Notes under the pieces: model-generated
What the model saw: the letters and a program-made list of their open reading frames with translations, nothing else
Databases searched by the model: none
Told to the model about the DNA's origin: nothing
Translations under genes and position numbers: made by a program
DNA from: Blastocladiella emersonii ATCC 22665
Taxonomy: Eukaryota; Fungi; Blastocladiomycota
Assembly (NCBI GenBank): GCA_025594325.1
Contig: JANHCV010000004.1
Coordinates: forward strand, 682,001 to 746,000
Length of the DNA stretch: 64,000 nucleotides
Direction: 5' to 3'
Shown: positions 56,520 to 64,000 of the stretch, one piece after another
Layout: every line of letters starts with the position of its first letter
How positions within the stretch are numbered: the first letter of the stretch is position 1

Positions 56520-56760
56520 GGTTGCTCGAAATCAGGTTGCTTCTTGTGTGCGAGAGTTACATGCAGCGCCGCAGCGGCTTTTCGTTGAAGAGAGGGGAGA
56601 GAGCGCGCGTGGCGCGTCGCCCTCGTCTTCTTTTCCTCGGTCGCCGCCGACGTCGCGCCCCGCCGCACGCGCGACCGTCACGCGACCCGTTTCGTCTCAT
56701 CCTCTTCCCCCCTCTCCCTCTCCCTCTCCCTCTCCCCTCACATCACCAACCAACACAACC

Positions 56761-57777
56761 ATGTCATCCGATGCACGCGCCCTCTTCCGGCAATCCAAAC
56801 TCGCCGCCGCTGCCTCCTCCTCGTCCGCCGCGCGCGTGACGCACCCGCACGCCGCCTACGACTCGGCAACGGGGACCAAGCTCCGGTGCACCGTGTGCGC
56901 CCTGCAGATCAAGTCGCCCGCCGCCTGGACCGTCCACGTCGCCTCGCGCGCGCACAAGCTCGCTGTCGAGGCCGAGCGGAAACGCGCTGCCGGCGCGGGT
57001 GGGGGTGGGGCGGTCAAGCGGAAACGGAGCGAGGTTGACGAAGAGGAGGGGACGGCGAAGCCGGTGGTGGTAGCGGCGAAGAAGAAGACGCTCGTCGCGT
57101 ACGCGGAGAGTAGTTCGGATGAAGAGGAGGAGGCGGCGGCTGCGCCCGCACCACCGGCGCAGCCCGCACCTGCCGCACCCGTTCCAGACGCTGCCGACGA
57201 GGACGAGGACGACGCGCAAGACCTCCCGTCTGGCTTCTTCGACACCTCGGCCGCCACCGCGGGCGTCCCTGCGCTCGACGACCTGCTTCTCGACGACGAC
57301 ACCAACGACGAGGAACCCGAACCCGCCGCCGCCGCTCCCGCCCTCGCATCCCCGAACCACGCCGCCGCCGCATCCCCCAAACCCGCCTCGTCCGCCCTGC
57401 CGACCGGCTTCTTCCAAGCCGACGCCGACGCCGTCGTGGCTGCACAGCTGTCCGAGTTCGAGGCGGCCATCGCCGACGATCTCGACGACGCCGACACGGC
57501 GGAGCCCGACGCGCTGTTCCGGTCGATCCAGATGGAGCGCGACGCCGAGGAGCAGGCCGCGCAGGCCGCGCTCGCGGACCGGATCAAGCGGATCAAGGCA
57601 GGGGTGGGGGAGCCGATGGACGAGGATAGCAGCGACGACGAGGAGGACGAGGACGCCGTGGTGAAGCCAACGTCCGTCGCGGTCGCGGTGCCCAAGCTGG
57701 TCGTGGAAGGAAGCGACGGTGACGAGTCGGTCGACGAAGACGAGCTGTACGGCTGGCGCGCGCGGCGAATCGCCTAG
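56761..57777 (+). CDS. ZNF830/CCDC16-like splicing-associated zinc-finger protein
   Basis: RVTHPHAAY...LRCTVCALQIKSPAAWTVHVASRAHK, LPSGFFD and LPTGFF motifs, C-terminal GWRAR. Confidence 0.8.
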   Translation: MSSDARALFRQSKLAAAASSSSAARVTHPHAAYDSATGTKLRCTVCALQIKSPAAWTVHVASRAHKLAVEAERKRAAGAGGGGAVKRKRSEVDEEEGTAKPVVVAAKKKTLVAYAESSSDEEEEAAAAPAPPAQPAPAAPVPDAADEDEDDAQDLPSGFFDTSAATAGVPALDDLLLDDDTNDEEPEPAAAAPALASPNHAAAASPKPASSALPTGFFQADADAVVAAQLSEFEAAIADDLDDADTAEPDALFRSIQMERDAEEQAAQAALADRIKRIKAGVGEPMDEDSSDDEEDEDAVVKPTSVAVAVPKLVVEGSDGDESVDEDELYGWRARRIA

Positions 57778-57822
57778 TCGTCGTCGTTGATACAATATAT
57801 ATACAATGCACACCCACCCACA

Positions 57823-60110
57823 TCACTCGGACACAATCGCCTGCCCCCTAACCAACGACCAGAGCGGCACCCGCACCGGCCCGCCGCCCTTCCCTCCAAA
57901 CCCACCGTCCACGCGCTCAGCCGCGACCACATCCCCGTCCGCCAACACGAGCGCGAGCGGGAGCCCCTCGGGCGTGACGAACCGCCCAATCTCGCGCCGC
58001 GCGCTGCTGACCTGCGGCACGGGCTGCACACGCCGCGGCGCGAACACCATTTCGACGGCGAGCGCCGGCTCGCGCACGTCCGACGGCTTGCACACGAACC
58101 GCGGGGGTGTCGGGATCCCCGATGCCGAGCCGGCGATCGCCGTCGACGACGCGCCGCCCGTCGACTTGCGCGACGACAGGAACGCCGCGAGCGTCGGCTG
58201 CCGCGCGTCCGGCGTCACACGTTGCGGTTGCTGTATCGGCGGGGTGTAGTTGACCGCGGCGGGCGTGCGCGGCGTCGACGCGGCTGAAGAGGACTGCGAC
58301 GACGATACTGGGAGACCGACTTGCCGCGGCTGCCGCGTGATGCGGTGCGGGGGCGCTGTTGGTGTGGTATCGCTGCCGGTGCTCTCGACGCGGCGCCGTT
58401 TCGGCGGGCGCGCGGGCTGCGACGCGCTGAACATCTCGACAATGGTGCGGGTTCCCGATGGCGGAGGTGGCGGGCGGTGGTGCGGCGAAAGAGGTGGGGG
58501 TGGGTCTTGCCGTGGAGATGGTCGCGGTTGGCGGGGCGAGGGCGGTGGCACTTGCCGCAGCGATGGGCGGGGTGGCGGCTCGTCCTCGTCGTCGCTGCCG
58601 AGACCGGCGGCGTGGACGACGGCGGGGCCGGACGCGTCGGGCGAGGTGAGGTTGGGGACGAGCGCGGTGGGCCGTGGAATCGGGGCGGGTCGTGAAACAA
58701 GTGCTGGCTGCGTCGCTGGAGCTGACCGCGCCTGTTGTTGCGGTGGCGCCTGTGGCTGAGGCGGCGGCGGTCCGAGCCGACGAGGCGCGGGGACGCTGGT
58801 GGGAATATCGGGCCCGTCAAAGTCGCTGTCGTACGAGGACAGCGAGAGCGACGGCTGCGGCCGCTGCTGCGCGGGCTCGGGCTCGGGCACCGTGTCCTGC
58901 AGGCGGTACAGCTTGCCGAGAATGTTGGCGATGGTGGCGGCGAGCGCGTCGAGACACTCGGACAGCAGGACCGACTTGTTGGGCTCGACGTTCACGTCGT
59001 ACAGCGACGGGTCGAGGGTGACGAGAATGGCGTAAAACGAGGCGCGCGAGTTGGGTTTCGCCTTGTCGAAGGCGGCCTTGATGGCTTGAGAGACGGGCTT
59101 CGGGCACTTGACGGGCCGCTGGTTCACGAGGAAGAGCGGGGGCGCCTTGGTCGCGGCGCTGCCAACTGTCGCGGGCGCGGTGGTGTGTCAGTGGAGGGCT
59201 CAGGCGAGCGATCGAGCCGAGCAACATACGGTGCGTGTCGGCGGGCACGGCGAGCTCAATAACCGCGTCCTCGAGCGTGGTCGCGTCGGGCGGGCTGTGC
59301 TCGGCGGCGCGGCACCGCAGGTACTGGCACTGGTCCGTCAGAGCGCGGCCGTGCAGGGCGCCAAGCGTCTCGCGCAGGGTCGCGGTGCGCGGCTTGACCC
59401 ACCGCTCCTTGTCCAGGAGGGTCCAGTGGATCTCAGGATGCGCGACGGCGTACTGCACGAGCAGCGGGCGCAGCGACTCTTTCTTGCGCAGCATGGTCTA
59501 CGCGCGGAGAGGTGAGACACATGAGAAGGTCGGAGGATAGCGATGGGACGTACCGCGCGGCGAACCGGGAGCGAGTGGAACAGCTTGGTCACGACGACGG
59601 TGGTCCCGACACCCGCGCTCGTGACGCGCGTCGCGGCGATCTCGCCCTTACCGTCGAGCGTGTACTCGATGGCGACGGGGTCCTCGGCGGTGCGCGTCGT
59701 GATCTTGACGGTCTGCGACACCGTGGCGAGCGAGTTGAGGGCCTCGCCGCGGAACCCGAGCGACGTCACCGTCTCGAGGTCCGAAAAGCCCGTGATCTTG
59801 GACGTGCAGTACCGGCGGCCCATGGCGGCGCGGTCAACCTCGGGTATCCCGGCCCCGTTGTCGGTCACGGTGATGCCGTCGTGCCCGTGCGACTCGAGGT
59901 GCACGATGATGCTGGTGGCGCCCGCGTCGATCGAGTTTCTGTGCGTGTGGGGACGCGGTCAGGGACGCGTGAGTGGCGGTCTCAGCGCGATGACGGCAGC
60001 GAGACAGACACGGACTCGATGAGCTCCTTGACGGCCGAGGCAACGTCGACGATGACCTGGCCCGCGCAGATGCGGCGGACCGAGTCGGACGGCAGCGCGT
60101 GGATCGGCAT
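57823..60110 (-). CDS. MutL-family protein (animal PMS1 / yeast Mlh2-like) with the C-terminal domain largely absent
   Basis: AVKELIENSIDAGAT, DNGAGI, TSKI, SLGFRGEALNSL, GTTV GHKL motifs; transducer LFLVNQRPV. Introns 59939-60015, 59498-59553 and 59166-59229. No DQHA motif before the stop. Confidence 0.88.
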
Positions 60111-60683
60111 GGCGGTGCGGGCCGGTTGCGGCGTGTTACAGTCGTTTTCACTGGGAACTGAACACGAGGTCGTTTGCGAGCTCTGAAACACACTCTTTCG
60201 CGGCTTCTTTTCGCGTTCCATTCCACGTTCTCGCTGCGCCAGCTTGCCGCCGCAGGCGTCCCGCCAGCGTCTCGTGCACCCCGCTCGCCCCGCAACGCAT
60301 CAAGTGAGGTCACGCGATGTACATGGGTTGCGTGGGTTCGTCTCGGGCGTCGGTTGCGGGGGGGAGAGAGAGGAAGCCGTGGCTCAGCCGCAGCCGAGCA
60401 GGCAGGGACGCACCGAGTCAGAAAACGCGGTCATGTGATGCGACCCGCGATATTTTTGGCAGCGAACCTTGCTGCTCCCGTCGCGCGACTCGCTCGCAAG
60501 GGTGGCGGTCGGCCGCTCCTCCTCTCTCCCCGTTTCCCTCGTAGACGGCTTCCATGTATCCATAACAACAGCAGCAGCAGACACAGTGCTAGACCAACCT
60601 CTGCTACCCATCCCACCGACCGAGCACATCCCCGCAACGGCAGACGCGCGCAAATCACCAACCTCATCAGCACGACCACGACC

Positions 60684-63600
60684 ATGCGCTTCAACGAGGT
60701 CGACGTGGCCTACTTTGGCGCGTCGCCAACCGCCATCATCCACCGCGGCTGGATGTGGAAGAAGGGCGACATTGCCATCTCGTCGGTCCCGACCTTTGCC
60801 ATGCCCCCGCTCGCGACGCTCTACAAGAAGCGCTGGTTTGTCCTCAAGGGCAACATGCTCTTCTACTTTCGCAACCCCGACGTATGTGCGCGACCGTCAT
60901 TCACCTCTCGCGAGCACCCCCGCTAACCCACCCATTACACGAACTTCCAGGACACGGCGCCGCTCGGGTTCATCCTGCTCGAGCACTGCCAGGTCAGCAC
61001 CGCGCCGATCCCCGCGGGGCTCGAGAACAACCAGGGCGAGATCCCGCCCTTCCACCTCAAGATCAGCTTCCTGTCCGAGTCGTCGCACCGCACCTACGAG
61101 CTGGTCGCCCCGACCGCCAACGACCGCGTGCAGTGGATCCAGCGCCTCGCCTCGGCCAGCGTCGACTACCTGCTCAACGAGATCAAATACCTGCGCTCCA
61201 AGGTGCGCCAGCTCGAGTCCGACGCCGGCATCACCGAGTCGTCGCTCGCCGAGTCGGCCGGCGCTCTGACGCTCGGCGAGAGCTCCGAGGATCTCGCGAG
61301 CGACGCCGCCGACGAATCCACGGCGGCCGCCGCGCGTGACGTCGTCGCCGAACTCAATGGCAACACCTCGCTCATGTACACGCCGAGCCAGGGGTTCGAC
61401 CACGCGCTCGCCTTCTCGATGCGCCTGACTGCGAGCCTCCCGCTCGCGCTGCCCAACCTCGGCGTCACCGTGACCAAGGACTGCTTCGTGTACCTCGCCC
61501 TGCACCAGGCGCGCGGCTCGTCGTACACCGAGTGGGTCCCCATCAAGCCGTTCGCCGCCATGACCTTCTTCACCTGCATGCCCGTCAACCTCAAGCACGA
61601 GACGCTCGTCAGCGTGTACCTCGTCACCCCCGACTTCGCCGAGCACAAGCTGACCGAGGCCGGGATCCCGCTGCGCGGCGGGCCCAACCAGCTCCGCGTC
61701 ACGCTGCCGTTCGACGCCGTCTCGCTCACCATCGGCACGCTGCTGTGGACGCCCATGCCAATCCGCGACGCCGCCGCCAACGTGGCCGCCGTCGGCCCCG
61801 CTGCCGCGTCCGCGACCACGTACCAGTTCTACCAGCTCAACGAGTCGGCGCTCATCAGCGAGGAGACCGAGGAGTCGCCGTGGGCCATGCAGGTGCCGCG
61901 CCTGCTGCTGCAGTGCTGGATCGCCGAGGAGGAGCGCATCATCAAGCGGTTCATGGACCTGACCCCGCACGCCCCCGACATCCACGTCATCCGCCTGCGC
62001 CAGCTCGACATCCACAAGCAGCTCCTGTGCTACTACCGCGACGAGCTCGTCGCCCTCAACGACCTGCGCCGCTCCGGCACCGTCGCGCCGCCGTTCCTCC
62101 GCAAATCGGTCGAGAAGACTACGGCGCACTGGCAGATGTGCGCCCTCAACTGCGTCGTCCAGCGCATGCGCGTCGGGCCCACCATGCCCGTCGCGTCCGG
62201 GTTCGGCCCGCTCGGGTCCTCGTCGGGGACTTCCTCGACGCCCTCGTCGCGCCGCAGCAGCATGATCCTGTCCGCGAGCCCCGCCCCCGTCCAGGACGAG
62301 GCCGCGTACAACTACTCGGTCATCACGTTCGGCGCGCCCACCGCGCACGCGCTCGGGTACTCGTCGTCGTCGACGTCGGGCAGCGGCGCCGGCGTCAACC
62401 CCGTCGGGAACAGCGTCAACGCGACGTCGCCCGGAACCGGGTTCGGCCCGAGCACCGCGGCGCCGACCATCGTCAACGGCGCCAAGGTCGTGGCGACGCG
62501 CGACGCCGACACGCTGATGGCGTACCACGCGACGACGGCTGCCGCAGGCCGCCGCCGCGAGCTCGAGGACCGCCACGCCGCCTTCACCGCGGCGGCGCGC
62601 GAGCTGCAGGCGACCACGCTCGACACGTTCAAGGACCCGACGACCGCGCAGGTGTCCGGGCTGATCACGGCCGTGGGCGGCGCCGCCAAGGAAGTCGCCA
62701 CGCTCGTGATCGCGGTCGCGCAGGCGCTCAAGGACATGGACGAGGACTCGCTCGGCGGGTACCAGGCGCACGTCACCGAGGTCGGGTTTCAGCTCATGGA
62801 GGAGTGGATCCCGCTGCTCATGGTGCGCGGCCAGCAGCTCGCACTGCTGCTCGACGCGGCCTCGTTCGAGGCCTTTGCCGAGACTCTCGCCACGGTCGCC
62901 GACCACGTTACCCTGGGTATCGACGGCGCCACTGCCCTGCTCGACCACCACATGCTCCTCCTCGACGCCCAGTACGCGTCGCCGACCACCTGGCAGCTCT
63001 CGCGCCGCCGCGCCGACTGGATCTTCTCCCAGTGCCTCGGCGCCGTCGTCACGGGGCTCGAGGAGACGGTCCGCGGGTGGACCCGCGCGGCTGACGCCAA
63101 GTCGGCGTTGATGGCGTCGCCGGACGCGGTGCTCGCCGCCAAGGTCGCGACCGTCACGGCCGCGTGGGGCGTCTGGACCCAGGTCGGCTGGCTCACCCAG
63201 TTCGAGTCGCTGCTGTCGTCGCAGGGCGAGGAGCTCGGCATGCTCACCGACATGAAGGCCGCGCTGTTTGACGTCGAAAAGTCGGTCTCGATTGCCCTGC
63301 ACGCGCTTGACGACGACGGCGAGGAGGCGGCCGGCGACGCCGAGTCCGTCAACAACGTCGTGCCCGACTCGGCCAGCACCAGCAGCAAGAAGACGGCCAA
63401 GGCCGCGGCAGCCGCGCGCCGGCTCAAGTTGGTCCGCATCGACGGCGAACGCGGCGACCTCGTGGTCTCGATCGGGATCGAGCGCGCCGTGTACGACCGC
63501 CTGCCGCGGCGCGACGCCAAGGCCAAGGTAGTCCCGCTGCTCTTCACCCAGGGCATCAACGAGCAGCAGTCGCTGTCCAACGTGTTCGGCGGCAGCAAGG

Positions 63601-64000
63601 CGCAGGACGCCATCAACCGCCAGAGCTACGACAAGCTGCAGCGGTTCGTGGGCGCGTACCGCGACCACGTCGGGTCGCTCAGCGCCGACGCCGTCTCGGC
63701 GCCCGCGGCGCGGTCGTATTTCGAGTACGTCAAGATGCTCGTGCACCACTTTGAGCAGATCCTGGGCGGGTCCGAGATCAAGCTCGCCGGCGTCATGTCC
63801 ACGGTCGTCGACGAGGCCTCGCTCAGCGGCGGCAGCGCGCTGAGCGTCGGGACCAACGTCGCGGTCTCAGGCCTGCGCCGCGTGCTCGGCGCCGTCAGCG
63901 GCGGCGCGCGCGCCAAGAACACGGACATTCTCGTCATGGCCGCGCACATCACGCGCGTGCTCGGGTCGCTGCACCTGCTCATGGCCGGCAACGTCGAGGT
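60684..64000 (+). CDS. PH-domain + INPP4-like (inositol polyphosphate 4-phosphatase family) protein, 3'-truncated by the window
   Basis: PH domain KKRWFVLKGNMLFYF; intron 60882-60950. INPP4 motifs VQRMRV, ITFGAPTAHALG, PLLFTQGINEQQSL and KNTDIL. Confidence 0.85.

Noticed and set aside
1-64000. Numerous long Arg/Ala/Pro-rich overlapping or antisense ORFs (e.g. 22866-25871 +, 60897-63749 -, 9693-11876 +, 30124-31953 +)
   Set aside because: Shadow ORFs expected from extreme GC3 bias; they lack domain motifs and overlap well-supported genes.
1-64000. CRISPR array, prokaryotic operon or defence system
   Set aside because: The sequence is intron-containing eukaryotic DNA, and no regular identical repeats with unique spacers are present.

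Overview
This is eukaryotic, very GC-rich, gene-dense DNA with short spliceosomal introns (47-86 nt; GTACGY, GTCCGY, GTATGY or GTGCGT donors; CTAAC/CTGAC branch points). A fungal Zn2Cys6 factor occurs together with flagellar genes (CatSper-epsilon-like, TEX45/SAXO5-like), an ABCD4-like transporter and a SWEET. That combination points to a zoosporic fungus, most plausibly Blastocladiomycota (inference). Conserved genes: bystin/ENP1, BMS1, CBF5, RMT2, GTR2/RagC, NAM8/NGR1-like, Yippee, PPP4R2, long-chain acyl-CoA synthetase, ZNF830-like, a MutL homologue, a PH-INPP4-like gene truncated by the window end, and tRNA-Pro(UGG). Visibly less GC-biased islands between them hold lineage-specific F-box-like genes, most of them interrupted by in-frame TAGs or 1-nt frameshifts. 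The best candidate for an undescribed system is an atypical HSPA12-type Hsp70 flanked by two paralogous proteins with a Mieap/GIL1-IRKI/GrpE-head-like C-terminal domain. Other leads: an ABCD4 with its own dileucine sorting motif, an INPP4 whose catalytic Cys is replaced, a MutL lacking most of its C-terminal domain, and a shared GCGTCACCTGA promoter motif. All family assignments come from motif recognition by eye and remembered reference sequences; no database search or computation was run.
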